From Myxococcota bacterium (GTDB lineage: Bacteria > Myxococcota_A > Polyangia > Nannocystales > Nannocystaceae): DNA of 64,000 nt. Location of the stretch: assembly GCA_039028615.1 (NCBI GenBank), contig JBCCHT010000044.1:37815-101814 (forward strand), written 5' to 3'. The translations under genes and the position numbers were made by a program. The notes under the pieces are model-generated. The model saw only the letters and a program-made list of their open reading frames with translations. It was not told the origin of the DNA and made no database searches. Positions 20,398 through 30,145 of this stretch are shown in pieces (positions within the stretch are counted from its first letter, which is position 1; every line of letters begins with the position of its first letter).

Positions 20398-21366
20398 TCA
20401 CATTCGGACCGAGTAGACCATGCCCATGCGAGGGCTGCTGAAGGCGGGGAACTGGGTTCGCGATAGCGCCCCAGCCACGCAGCGCCCCAGCGAGCTGCCG
20501 GCGTGGTCACCCTGCGCGGTCGCGGAGACGACCTTGCCCGTACGACCCTCGATGGACAGCTTCACGGCCACCCGTGTGCCCGAGGCGGTGCCGTGCTCCG
20601 GCCCGCAGCTGCGCGCAGACGCCTTGGTCGAGGCCAGGGCCTTCTTGAGCTGCGCACTGGAGAGCTTGCTCGGACGCGTTTCGGTGGCCTTTTCGGCAGA
20701 GTGGCCCGGGCTGGTCCTCGGCTGGCCAGTTTTCGTGCAGCTGGCCGGATTGAGCACACACTCGACCGGGATCGAGCGATCCGTCTTCGAGGTCTTGGAC
20801 TTGGACGTCTTCGAGGTCTTGGAGCTCTTCGAGATCTTAAAACTCTTCGAGCTCTTCGAGTTCTTCGTCTTCTTGGAACTCTTCGAGGACTTGACGCCCT
20901 TGCCCCGCTTCGGTGCTTCGGAGGTGGCTTCCGACGTCATCTCGTTGGCGGGCTCGGTGCTCGTCATGGCCAGGCGCTCGGCCTCTTCGGAATCAGCCGT
21001 GGGCTCGTGCTCGACGACTTCTCGCAGGGTCGGCGCAGCGACCTCCTGCATGGAAAGCTGACGCTCGACCGGCGCGTCTTCGATGGCATCGGGTCCGTGC
21101 GCGCGCTGGAGTCCGACGGCACCGAGCACCATCAGCAGGCTCGACGCGACGGCGGTGGCCATGGCCAGCACGGGTCGGCTCGCGCGGGGTCCGGGGCTCG
21201 GCGGCTCTGATGTTTCCCCGGTGGGACCCGGTGGTGCCAGCGATAGAGGCAGAGGCTCGGCTCTCAGATCGGTGACGTCGATGATGCCCGAGGAGCTCGG
21301 ATCGTGGAGCTGCAGGGCGAGTCGGCGGGGACGGGAACGAAGATTGGGAGATGCGGGAGTCGACAT
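20398..21366 (-). CDS. Myxobacterial bitopic protein with Ser/Lys-rich linker and TonB-C-like C-terminal domain
   Basis: One TM helix; C-terminal ARSC...VAVKLSIEG.TGKV...LGRCVAGAL....FPAF. Confidence 0.7.
   Translation of the reverse strand: MSTPASPNLRSRPRRLALQLHDPSSSGIIDVTDLRAEPLPLSLAPPGPTGETSEPPSPGPRASRPVLAMATAVASSLLMVLGAVGLQRAHGPDAIEDAPVERQLSMQEVAAPTLREVVEHEPTADSEEAERLAMTSTEPANEMTSEATSEAPKRGKGVKSSKSSKKTKNSKSSKSFKISKSSKTSKTSKSKTSKTDRSIPVECVLNPASCTKTGQPRTSPGHSAEKATETRPSKLSSAQLKKALASTKASARSCGPEHGTASGTRVAVKLSIEGRTGKVVSATAQGDHAGSSLGRCVAGALSRTQFPAFSSPRMGMVYSVRM
20782..20892 (-). repeat. Degenerate 9-nt tandem repeat encoding (S-K-S/T)n
   Basis: ctcttcgag / gtcttcgag / gtcttggag units; protein KSSKSSKKTKNSKSSKSFKISKSSKTSKTSKSKTSKT. 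Confidence 0.8.
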
Positions 21367-21638
21367 GGCAGTTCGGGGATGGGCACATCGAGCCGCAAAC
21401 CGATGCGGCCTCGGGATGTGAACCTCGTCACCTGTTTGGACTCGACCGGGCCGTCCGGTGTTCGACGACAACCCCCACTCTGGTTCAGAAACTGCCTCTG
21501 ACCCTGGTGTCATAGCGGGAATTCGCCCTTGCGCGGATGACCCGATCTGGGGGGTTCCCCGGGGTCGATCCCCCGGTGCGACAACGTAGGAGGCCCGGAT
21601 TTCGGGCGCATGCGGCCGACGATGGTAGTCTGGTCCGC

Positions 21639-23261
21639 ATGATCCTTAGCCTGCGTCGTTGGGGGACCGGCATGGCGTTGGGGGCGGTAGGCCTGCTTGG
21701 ATGCAACGTCGATCCAGGTGGCTCCATGGTCTTCATGGCCCAGCACTGTAGTGAGCTCCAGGGGGATGCGACCTGCCAGTCGTCATTCGCCGGCCAGTCG
21801 TTTTGCAGCTTGTGCACCGAGGAAAATGGCGGCTGCGTGTCGTCACCACCCGCGCAGGTGTGCATCCCCGGAGGGACCGCCGGGGACGAGAGCACGGGCG
21901 ACGGCTCGGCCAACGACGATGGGTCGGGTTCGAGCGGCACCGGGGGCACCACCGACGCCGTCGACACGACCGCGGCCGACAGCAGCTCCACCGGCGAGCC
22001 CGCGTGCGAGGCCGAGGGCGAGCTCGATCCCGCGTGCATGGAGCTGGACCCGGCGCGGCCCTTCTGCGCCGACTCCGTGTGTGTCGGGTGCGGGGACGCG
22101 GGCGGCAATGCGTTCTGCGCCGAGCTCGACTCGCTCAATCCCGCGTGCGACATGGAGACCGGCACCTGTGCGCCTTGCAACGCGGTCGTCGATCCGGCCT
22201 GCAGCGGTGCGACACCCGTCTGTGGCGACACGGGCGAGTGTCAGGCCTGCGTCGCGCACGACGAGTGCCCGCTGAGCGCCTGTCACCTCGACGTCAACGA
22301 CCCCATGCTCGGCTACTGCTTTGCCCCCGAGGACACCATCTGGGTCGACAACACGGCCGAGTGCCCCGGTGTCGGTACCCAAGAGGAGCCCCTGTGTAGC
22401 TTGATGGCCGGGGCCGACGCGCTCGTGCCTGGCGACGCGCGGGCGTTCCGGGTCATGGGAGGCACGCCCTACGAGGAGCGGGCCGCGTTCTCCGAGGTCA
22501 CCGTCGCCATCATCGGCGTCGATTCGCCCGTCGTCAGCGGGACCCCGGGCGCGCAGGCACCCACCCTGCGCTTCGAGAACGGCACCACCGCCTACGTCTC
22601 CGACATCCGGTCCAACGGCAACACCTTCAGCCACGGCATGACCTGCAGCACCAGCTTCGTGCGCTTCGACGACGGTCAGATCCGCGACAACGAGGGCTGG
22701 GGCACCTTCAACTTCGACACCTGCACCGTCGAGTTCCGGCGCACGGCCATCGTGGGCAACGAGGACGGCGGGATCAACGTCGACGGCGGGCAGCTGACCG
22801 TCGACAACACCACCATCGCCCTCAACGGCATCGGCGGGAACTCCAGCGGCATCCGGTCCGCCGACGCCAACATCGACGTCCTGTACAGCACGCTCGCCGG
22901 CAACGACGGCTCGGGCAGCGACAGCATCGAGTGCGACAGCACGACCGGCACGCTGCGCAACAACATCATCATGGGGGTCGATGCCACGTCCATCGAGCTG
23001 GGCTGCTTCCCGCTCATCATGGACAACAACGCCCTCGACGCGGCCAACTTCGCCGCGGGCACCAACGTCGACGTCGGGCCCTACAACGCCATCTTGTTCA
23101 ACAACCCGAGCCAGGCCGACTTCCGGCTCTCGGCACCTCCGCTGTCGCCCTTCGGCGGCGTCGCGGAGTGGCAAGAGGGCGACCCCGAGTTCGATGCCGA
23201 CGGCACGCCTCGCCCCACCGGTGAGGACGAGACCGGCTACGCCGGCGTCGACGAGCCCTGA
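21639..23261 (+). CDS. Cys-rich lipoprotein with right-handed parallel beta-helix domain
   Basis: Lipobox LLGC; Cys-rich region; N/G-rich coils (IRDNEGWG, IVGNEDGGI, YSTLAGN, LRNNII); DADGTPRP end. Confidence 0.8.
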   Translation: MILSLRRWGTGMALGAVGLLGCNVDPGGSMVFMAQHCSELQGDATCQSSFAGQSFCSLCTEENGGCVSSPPAQVCIPGGTAGDESTGDGSANDDGSGSSGTGGTTDAVDTTAADSSSTGEPACEAEGELDPACMELDPARPFCADSVCVGCGDAGGNAFCAELDSLNPACDMETGTCAPCNAVVDPACSGATPVCGDTGECQACVAHDECPLSACHLDVNDPMLGYCFAPEDTIWVDNTAECPGVGTQEEPLCSLMAGADALVPGDARAFRVMGGTPYEERAAFSEVTVAIIGVDSPVVSGTPGAQAPTLRFENGTTAYVSDIRSNGNTFSHGMTCSTSFVRFDDGQIRDNEGWGTFNFDTCTVEFRRTAIVGNEDGGINVDGGQLTVDNTTIALNGIGGNSSGIRSADANIDVLYSTLAGNDGSGSDSIECDSTTGTLRNNIIMGVDATSIELGCFPLIMDNNALDAANFAAGTNVDVGPYNAILFNNPSQADFRLSAPPLSPFGGVAEWQEGDPEFDADGTPRPTGEDETGYAGVDEP

Positions 23262-23275
23262 GCGCGGTAGAGCCC

Positions 23276-24490
23276 GTGGTCGACCTCGAGTTCTACTACG
23301 ACGTCGTCTGCCCATACGCCTACCTCGCCTCGGCCCAGGTCGAAGCGGTGGCGAAGCGGCAGGGCGCGCGCGTGCGCTGGCGACCGATTCTGCTCGGGGG
23401 CCTGCTGCGCGAAGTCGGGGCGCCCGATGATCCCAACGTGGGTATGAGCGCGGCCAAGGTGGAGATCCAGGCGCTCGATCGACAGCGTTGGGCCGTGCGA
23501 TTGGGGGTGCCTCTCGTGACGCCGCCCGAGCATCCACGGCGCACCGTGAACGCCATGCGGCTGTGTTTGGCGGCGCCCGAAGGGGAGCGTCGCGTAGCGC
23601 TGTCGCACGACGTGTTCGCCGCCTACTGGGCGCGCGGTGAAGACGTGACCGATGCGCAGGTGCTCGATGCCATCGCCGTGCGTCACGGACTCGAAGCGGG
23701 GGCCTACCGGGCGCCCGAGCTCAAGGCGGCACTGCGGGAGGCCACCGCCGCGGCGGCGGGGCGAGGGGCGTTTGGTGTGCCGAGCTTCGTCGTGGGCGAC
23801 ACCCTGTGGTGGGGGCAGGACCGGCTCGGTTTCGTCGAGGAGGTGCTCGGTGGGCAGCCCGAGCGACTGCCTACTGCGCCCGAATCCAGCTCTGCACGCG
23901 CGGGGCGGCTGACGTTCTTCCACGACTTTGCCAGCCCCTTCAGTTACTTGGCTTCGACGCAGATCGAGTCGCTGGCCGCGGCGCGAGGGCTCGAGGTCGA
24001 GTACGTGCCGATCTTGCTGGGGGCGCTGTTTCGAGACATCGGCACGCCCAACGTGCCGCTGCTCGAGATGAACGAGACCAAGCAGGCGTATGTGCGTCGC
24101 GACCTGGACGACTGGGCCGCGTGGTGGGGCGTGCCGTTTGCGTTTCCCGAGCACTTTCCGTTGCGGAGCGTGTTGCCGCTGCGGGTCGCGCTGGTGAAGC
24201 CCTCGCTGACGCCGATGTTGTATCGGGCGATCTGGGCGGAAGGACGGCGCGTGGATACGCCGGAGACGCTCGGACCGTTGCTCGAGGAGGCGGGGGAGTC
24301 GGCGGCGTCGCTGCTGGCGGCGGCGGTCGAGCCGGAGAACAAGGCGAGGTTGCGGGAGAATACGGAGCGGGCGGAGACGCTGGGGGTGTGTGGCGTGCCG
24401 ACGATGCAGGTGCAGCGAGGTGGGGACTCGGTGTTGGTTTGGGGGCAGGACCGGCTGGGGTTGTTGGCGAGCTTGATCGACGGCGGGTGA
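23276..24490 (+). CDS. Tandem 2-hydroxychromene-2-carboxylate isomerase / kappa-GST (DsbA family) double-domain protein
   Basis: Domain 1 YYDVVCPYAYL...GAFGVPSF...WGQDRL; domain 2 FHDFASPFSYL...GVCGVPT...WGQDRL. Confidence 0.88.
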   Translation: MVDLEFYYDVVCPYAYLASAQVEAVAKRQGARVRWRPILLGGLLREVGAPDDPNVGMSAAKVEIQALDRQRWAVRLGVPLVTPPEHPRRTVNAMRLCLAAPEGERRVALSHDVFAAYWARGEDVTDAQVLDAIAVRHGLEAGAYRAPELKAALREATAAAAGRGAFGVPSFVVGDTLWWGQDRLGFVEEVLGGQPERLPTAPESSSARAGRLTFFHDFASPFSYLASTQIESLAAARGLEVEYVPILLGALFRDIGTPNVPLLEMNETKQAYVRRDLDDWAAWWGVPFAFPEHFPLRSVLPLRVALVKPSLTPMLYRAIWAEGRRVDTPETLGPLLEEAGESAASLLAAAVEPENKARLRENTERAETLGVCGVPTMQVQRGGDSVLVWGQDRLGLLASLIDGG

Positions 24491-24506
24491 GTGCGGGGCG
24501 TTTCGG

Positions 24507-26078
24507 CTACGGGTCCCCGAGGATCTGGACAGGGCCGTAGGTGGTCGGTGACTCGTCGTCGCCGACGTCTTCGGTCATGCCGTAGCCGAGTTCGCCAGAG
24601 CCATTGCTTCCCCAACAGTAGACCGAGTAGTCGTCTGTTACGGCGCAGGTATGGCTGTTACCAAGGCTCATCTGACGCACGCCTTGGCCTCCGAGATCCA
24701 CGAGGTCCGAATCGAACGGAACGTCAATGCGGCCCACGTCATCTACTCCGGGCAGACCGAGTTGTCCGTCGTTGTTACGCCCCCAGCATTGAATATCACC
24801 GGTCTCGAAGAGGGCGCAAAAGTGGCTGCGGCCGGCTTCGATTTCCACTGGAGCCGCCATCGTTGCGAACTGAATGGCCTGCGCCCCGACCGGGGCCGTC
24901 TCGTCATTCCCAACGACATCGAAGTAGCCGATCCCCAGCTCTCCGTTGTTGTTGGTACCCCAACATCGCACTGTCCCATCGTCTAACAGCACGCACGTGG
25001 CATTGTGACTCATGGCGATATCGATGGGGATTGCACCATCGAAGTACAGGGGCTGCTGGACATCGGGTAACTCGTCGTCGCCTATGTCTTCGCTGGATCC
25101 CGATGCCGTCCCCAGGCGACCATCCGACGCGTCTCCCCAACATTGGATGCCCCCGTCATCCAACACGACGCAGTTGGTCCAGTCCCCGGAAGCAATGAGC
25201 ACCGCGACGCCGGAACCACTGAAACTCAGGTATCCCCTCGCAGCCGGCACTTCGTTGTCTCCGGTCTTATGCATGTCTCCATAGCCGAGTGAGCCATACC
25301 GGTTTCGCCCCCAACACTTGACCAGGCCAACCGGGTTGAGGATGCACGTGTGTATCGATCCCGCGGACATTTGCGATACCTGGGTTCCCACGTCGACATC
25401 CGGCAACGTGGTCAGCAGCTCATCGTCGCCGAGGTTCTCTGTGTTGCCGTATCCAAGGCTTCCTGCGCCTGCATATCCCCAGCACTTCACGCCCATGCCT
25501 GACCGGCCGCATACATGCTCCGCGGTGAATATTTCGTCCACAGGAACCGATAGGCTCGCGTCTCCGTGCGCATTGGGCAGTTCGTCGTCTCCGATGGTTT
25601 CTACCATCGCCAAGCCCGCCTGACCCTGGACGTTGCTTCCCCAACACCGGACGCGTCCTCCCTCGATGATGGCACAGGTACGGAAGAGTCCCGCCGTTAT
25701 TTCCACCTCTGTGTAGGTGCAGTCGTTGTCGCAGCCGTCGCCGTCGATCGAGTTTCCATCGTTGCACTGGGCCGACGGGTCCTCGCACTGCCCGGGCCGA
25801 CCGGAGTCCGACGTACTCTCCCCGGTTTCGAGCCCCTCGGTATCAACCGCGCTCGTGGTCATATCTCCCGTTGAGTCCATCGAGCCTCCGTCGACGGACG
25901 TTGAGGTCATCGCCATCCCTCCGCTCGAGCCATCGTCGCCATCCGTTTGCACCGACGAGTCGACCTCTCCCGACTCGCCGCTCATCGGCGGCAAGGCTGG
26001 CAACCCAACGCACGACGCGGCACCCAGACCCAGCGGAAGCAAACAGGACAACCTGACCATGGAATGCTTGCGTGCCAT
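24507..26078 (-). CDS. RCC1-repeat lipoprotein with a DUF4215-like Cys motif
   Basis: Repeated HTC.....G.V.CWG.N..G.LG...IGDDE.P; CNDGNSIDGDGCDNDC; lipobox-like AASC. Confidence 0.9.
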   Translation of the reverse strand: MARKHSMVRLSCLLPLGLGAASCVGLPALPPMSGESGEVDSSVQTDGDDGSSGGMAMTSTSVDGGSMDSTGDMTTSAVDTEGLETGESTSDSGRPGQCEDPSAQCNDGNSIDGDGCDNDCTYTEVEITAGLFRTCAIIEGGRVRCWGSNVQGQAGLAMVETIGDDELPNAHGDASLSVPVDEIFTAEHVCGRSGMGVKCWGYAGAGSLGYGNTENLGDDELLTTLPDVDVGTQVSQMSAGSIHTCILNPVGLVKCWGRNRYGSLGYGDMHKTGDNEVPAARGYLSFSGSGVAVLIASGDWTNCVVLDDGGIQCWGDASDGRLGTASGSSEDIGDDELPDVQQPLYFDGAIPIDIAMSHNATCVLLDDGTVRCWGTNNNGELGIGYFDVVGNDETAPVGAQAIQFATMAAPVEIEAGRSHFCALFETGDIQCWGRNNDGQLGLPGVDDVGRIDVPFDSDLVDLGGQGVRQMSLGNSHTCAVTDDYSVYCWGSNGSGELGYGMTEDVGDDESPTTYGPVQILGDP

Positions 26079-26120
26079 CACAGTTCTCCCCAAACTCGTT
26101 CCGTCGCCGAATTCCGCCAC

Positions 26121-28811
26121 CTACGGGTTGCAGACGCGCTGAACGGTGATCGTCCCCGAAGACCGAGCCGCCGCCCACGGTCCCTCGGACTTGCCCACCC
26201 AGAACTCTTTGGCCTCACCCATGGCCCACGCAGCATCGTAGGGTTCGACCTGCAGGTAGATGTTCTGGATGGTCTGCCCCACGATGACCGGCGTGTGCAC
26301 CTTGGGAACGTTGGGCGGATTGCCGCAGGTCGGACCGACGCCGACGTAGAGCGTCAGATCGGCGGGTGAGTTCCACGCCGTGCCGTCCGTCTTGCGGACA
26401 CGGAAGCGAATCTGCGAGGTGCCGATGAACTGCGCGGAGATATTGAGCGCGATGCCTCCGACGTTGGTGCAGCCCGACGCGTTCGAGGTGTACAGAGGCC
26501 ACTGGGCGTTGAGAATCTCGTGCTCCTGCTCGCAGCACGACGAGGTGTTGTAGTTGCACGTTCCGTTGCACGACAGCGAGCCGCCGTCGTACCCCAGCCC
26601 GAGGCAACTCTGCCCACCCAGCTGCCAGCCATCGCACTGCTCGCCGGCCGTGATCATGCCGTCGCCGCAGAAGGGCTGGACGCATTCACCTCCGGCGCAA
26701 CCAAGAGCACCGCATGCGCTCGGTGGTCCCCAAGTGTTGCACGCCCCGAAGGTTTGGCAGCTCTGTTCCGAGTTGCCGAGGCACTGGCTCTGGCCCGCGT
26801 TGCATTCGTCCTGGCAACACCCGGAATAATCGAACTGACAGCTCCCCGTGCACCCGAGGTTTCCGCCGTCGTAGCCGAGGCTCCAGCAGCTGTTGCCGCC
26901 CAGGTTGCCTCCGTCGCACTGTTCTCCGGCCGTGACCATGCCGTCGCCGCACGAGGGCTGGATGCACTCACCGCCCGCGCAGCCGTACATGCAGCCGTTC
27001 GGTATTCCCCACGCATTGCAGGTCGCAGTCGGCTGGCAAGCCTGCTCCGAGTTACCGAGGCACTGGCTATCGCCCAGCGTGCACGCGTCGTCGCAGCACC
27101 CGGACACATCGAGTTGGCACGTCGCGGTGCATCCCAACGAGCCGCCGTCGTAGCCCAACCCGCCGCAGCTGTTGCCGCCGAGGTTGCCTCCATCACACTG
27201 CTCACCCGCGTTGACCGTCCCATCGCCGCAGAACGGCTCGATGCACTCACCGCCCGCACACCCGAGCGGGCAGGGGACCGCCGGTCCCCAGCTGTTGCAC
27301 GAGCCAGGTGTCGCCTCGCACTGTTGCTCTGCGGCCCCGAGGCACTGGCTGTCGCCCAGGGTGCACGCATCGTTGCAGCAACCGGTCACGTCCAACTGGC
27401 ACGACGCGGTGCATCCGAGCACGCCTTCGTCGTAGCCGAGGCTCCCACACGAACTGCCTCCGAGTTGCCCGCCATCGCATGCTTCGCCCGCCTCGACCAC
27501 CCCGTTGCCGCACGTGATGTTGTTGCACACCGTGCCGTCGCAGCCGTACGGGCATTCGATGGGTTCGCTCCAGTCGTGGCAGGCCCCGTCCAGCACGCAC
27601 GTCGACTGGCCCTGGGGTCCACACGTGGTCGTGCCCGGCGAACACTGATCGGCGCAACACTGGCTCACGTCGAGCTGACAGGTCGGCGTACACGACACCG
27701 TGCCCGCGTCGTAGCCCTCGGCGCCGCACGTCGCTCCGTCGACGTCTGTCCCGTCGCACTCTTCTCCCGGATCGATCATCCCGTTGCCACACTCCGGTCC
27801 TGGCGGATCCAGGCACTCGTCGGGCGTCCCGGGCGGATTTTGCTGGCAACCGTCGGCGCATGGGATCACATCCACGACATGCCCGTCGTCGCAGGTCACG
27901 AGGTCGTCGTCGTCCCCCGGATACCCACCCAGGGCGTCGTTGCTCCCGCAGTAGTGCCCGTCCGAGACCCCGGTACAGGGGCCCGTAGGTGGAGCCGCAC
28001 ACTCGGGCGCGAGCTGGTTTGCGCTCGTGTAGCAGCCTGTGTCGTAGTTCGTGACCACGTTGCACCACTCGCAGCCGCCGGGGACGTCGACCTCCTGGAA
28101 TGATCCGACGGGTATCGAATGCCCCGAAGCGTCCTCGCGTTGCCAGTGCAGGTGTGAGCCCGTCGAGCGACCAGTCGTGCCGATGCGGCCGAGCGGAGTG
28201 CCGTGGCAGACGTGCTGCCCCTCGCTCACGAAGATCGACTCCGCGCCCTCGTCGAGATGGCAGTAGCGCTCGAATACCTCGCCGCAGCCGCCATCGACCA
28301 TAACGACGACGCAGTTGCCCCAGCCACCGTTGTAGCTGGCGTCGCACGGGATCCCGAGGTCGGGGTCGCAGCTGCCGACCACCCCGTCGAGCACCTGTAC
28401 CACCACGCCATCCGACGACGCCGCCGCGACCAGGTCGTTGTCCATCTCGTAGGACCCGGCGATGTTGAAGTCGTACGCATGCTCGGCGTCCCCCACGTGA
28501 GATGGCGGGCAGCCCGGCTTGAGGCTCACCCCCATCGACGTCTCCGCGGGGAAGGGCAGGAACGGGTCCGGCGGCGTGCAGGTGTCCGGGCAGTCCCCGC
28601 CGACGCAGTTGCCCACATCCGGCAGTCCACTCTCCGAACCGTCGTCCAGACCATCGCCTGTGCTTTCCGCGGCCGAGCCGCTGGTCTCGATGCTGGGTCC
28701 GCCGGTGCTGATCACACCGCCCGAGACTCCGATGGGCACATCCGTCGAACATGCCGCGAGTAGCGATCCGAAGGTCAACAGCAAACGGGGGGAGAGGTGT
28801 GTTCCGTGCAT
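26121..28811 (-). CDS. M23 metallopeptidase lipoprotein with long Cys-rich repeat stalk
   Basis: Lipobox LAAC; HVGDAEHAYDF, GWGNCVVV, YCHL, GTTGRSTGSHLHW; 4.5 Cys-rich repeats. Confidence 0.85.
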   Translation of the reverse strand: MHGTHLSPRLLLTFGSLLAACSTDVPIGVSGGVISTGGPSIETSGSAAESTGDGLDDGSESGLPDVGNCVGGDCPDTCTPPDPFLPFPAETSMGVSLKPGCPPSHVGDAEHAYDFNIAGSYEMDNDLVAAASSDGVVVQVLDGVVGSCDPDLGIPCDASYNGGWGNCVVVMVDGGCGEVFERYCHLDEGAESIFVSEGQHVCHGTPLGRIGTTGRSTGSHLHWQREDASGHSIPVGSFQEVDVPGGCEWCNVVTNYDTGCYTSANQLAPECAAPPTGPCTGVSDGHYCGSNDALGGYPGDDDDLVTCDDGHVVDVIPCADGCQQNPPGTPDECLDPPGPECGNGMIDPGEECDGTDVDGATCGAEGYDAGTVSCTPTCQLDVSQCCADQCSPGTTTCGPQGQSTCVLDGACHDWSEPIECPYGCDGTVCNNITCGNGVVEAGEACDGGQLGGSSCGSLGYDEGVLGCTASCQLDVTGCCNDACTLGDSQCLGAAEQQCEATPGSCNSWGPAVPCPLGCAGGECIEPFCGDGTVNAGEQCDGGNLGGNSCGGLGYDGGSLGCTATCQLDVSGCCDDACTLGDSQCLGNSEQACQPTATCNAWGIPNGCMYGCAGGECIQPSCGDGMVTAGEQCDGGNLGGNSCWSLGYDGGNLGCTGSCQFDYSGCCQDECNAGQSQCLGNSEQSCQTFGACNTWGPPSACGALGCAGGECVQPFCGDGMITAGEQCDGWQLGGQSCLGLGYDGGSLSCNGTCNYNTSSCCEQEHEILNAQWPLYTSNASGCTNVGGIALNISAQFIGTSQIRFRVRKTDGTAWNSPADLTLYVGVGPTCGNPPNVPKVHTPVIVGQTIQNIYLQVEPYDAAWAMGEAKEFWVGKSEGPWAAARSSGTITVQRVCNP
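26532..27791 (-). repeat. 4.5 tandem copies of a ~93-aa, 14-Cys repeat
   Basis: Units begin CG(N/D)G...GE.CDG..LGG.SC..LGYDGG.L.C...CQ.D.SGCC. Confidence 0.9.
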
Positions 28812-29070
28812 GGTGCCGAGTCCGTCCTGGCCATGGCCGTGCGCTCTCCTTCCCGTGTGGACCCGGTCGGGCCACGGGAAATGAGAGACACGCCATGATT
28901 CGTGGCCCTTCGACTGAGATATCGGCTGCGACGGGTCGTCCTGACTTCACCCTCGACGAAATCCGCAGGCGGCGGTTGGAATCGACGTTCGCGGCCGTCC
29001 TACAACCCATCCCAAACTGTCGGTGCGATCGGATGCGGTGGCGGTGCTATGACGAGGAGGAGCCGGAGTT

Positions 29071-30036
29071 ATGACGCGCGAAGGCGAACGCAGAGCCGCA
29101 GTGCTGGGAGGGACCCTCGCGGTCGCGCTCGGGTGCAACGAGCAGCCCCCCGGTTCGTCGACGGGTGCTGCGGGCTCCGGGGGGCCACCAGCCACGAACG
29201 GCACCGCAGCCGTCGATGACACCGGCCCTGGAGTCATGGGGTCGACGACGTCGAGTGGAGCCGCCGACGAAACTAGCGGCTCGAGCGAGGACGATGGCCC
29301 ACCCATCGTCTTGGACGTCGGGCCGAAAGACCTCGGCAACGGCGGTGATCCATGCGGATATTCGAAGACCATCCTGCCCGTGACGATCCGGGACTTTCTC
29401 AGCACGCACTCCGACTTCGAGTCCTACTGGGGGGAACTCGCGTCGTCCGGACTCGTAATGTCCACGCTGGGGGCCGACGGTAAACCTGTGTTCAATCCCA
29501 CTCCGCCCACGCCTCCACGAACGAGCACCCCGACCCAGATCACATCCCCTGAGTCGTTCGCCCAGTGGTACCACGACACGCCGGGCATCAACGTACACGT
29601 GAACTATGGCCTCTTGCTCGAGGAGGTGGCGCCGGGTGACGGAGTGTTCGCATTCGAGCGTCTCAGGTTTTTTCCCATCGACGACGAGGGGTGGAACGTG
29701 CCCGGCGGAGCCCATGTCGAGATGTTTCCCGACGATTTGGGAGCGCCGCGCAACTTCCATTTCACCACCGAGATCCATGCCGAGTTTATCTACGAGCCGG
29801 GGCAGAACTTTCGGTTCAGAGGTGACGATGATCTCTGGGTGTTCATCGATGGCGAGCTGGCAATCGACCTCGGGGGTCTACACGGAGCGCTCGACGGCGA
29901 AGTCGAACTCGACACCTTGGGTCTCGTCGCGGGCGAGACCTACGATATCGACATCTTTCATGCCGAACGCCGACACATCGGATCGCAGTTCACCATCGAA
30001 ACCTCGATCAGTTGCTTTCTTCCACCGGCTGGCTGA
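29071..30036 (+). CDS. Fibro-slime domain lipoprotein
   Basis: VTIRDF..H.DFE, FAQWYHD, FFPIDD, NFHFTTEIH, FRGDDDLWVFIDG.LAIDLGGLH, FHAER; lipobox ALGC; RBS gaggag. Confidence 0.92.
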   Translation: MTREGERRAAVLGGTLAVALGCNEQPPGSSTGAAGSGGPPATNGTAAVDDTGPGVMGSTTSSGAADETSGSSEDDGPPIVLDVGPKDLGNGGDPCGYSKTILPVTIRDFLSTHSDFESYWGELASSGLVMSTLGADGKPVFNPTPPTPPRTSTPTQITSPESFAQWYHDTPGINVHVNYGLLLEEVAPGDGVFAFERLRFFPIDDEGWNVPGGAHVEMFPDDLGAPRNFHFTTEIHAEFIYEPGQNFRFRGDDDLWVFIDGELAIDLGGLHGALDGEVELDTLGLVAGETYDIDIFHAERRHIGSQFTIETSISCFLPPAG

Positions 30037-30145
30037 AAGGGAGAGCAGCGCGTCTGCCCCTCGGCTGGCCGCTTGACCGAGCGAAGAACCCATGCCATCC
30101 ACGTGACCCGATGCGTTCTTCGGCGGTCGTCGGCTCGGTTGCGGC

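Noticed and set aside
26100..26140. TAG immediately followed by in-frame GTG (M23 to RCC1), suggesting read-through
   Set aside because: The RCC1 protein has its own ATG (26078) and lipoprotein-like signal; no recoding signal seen
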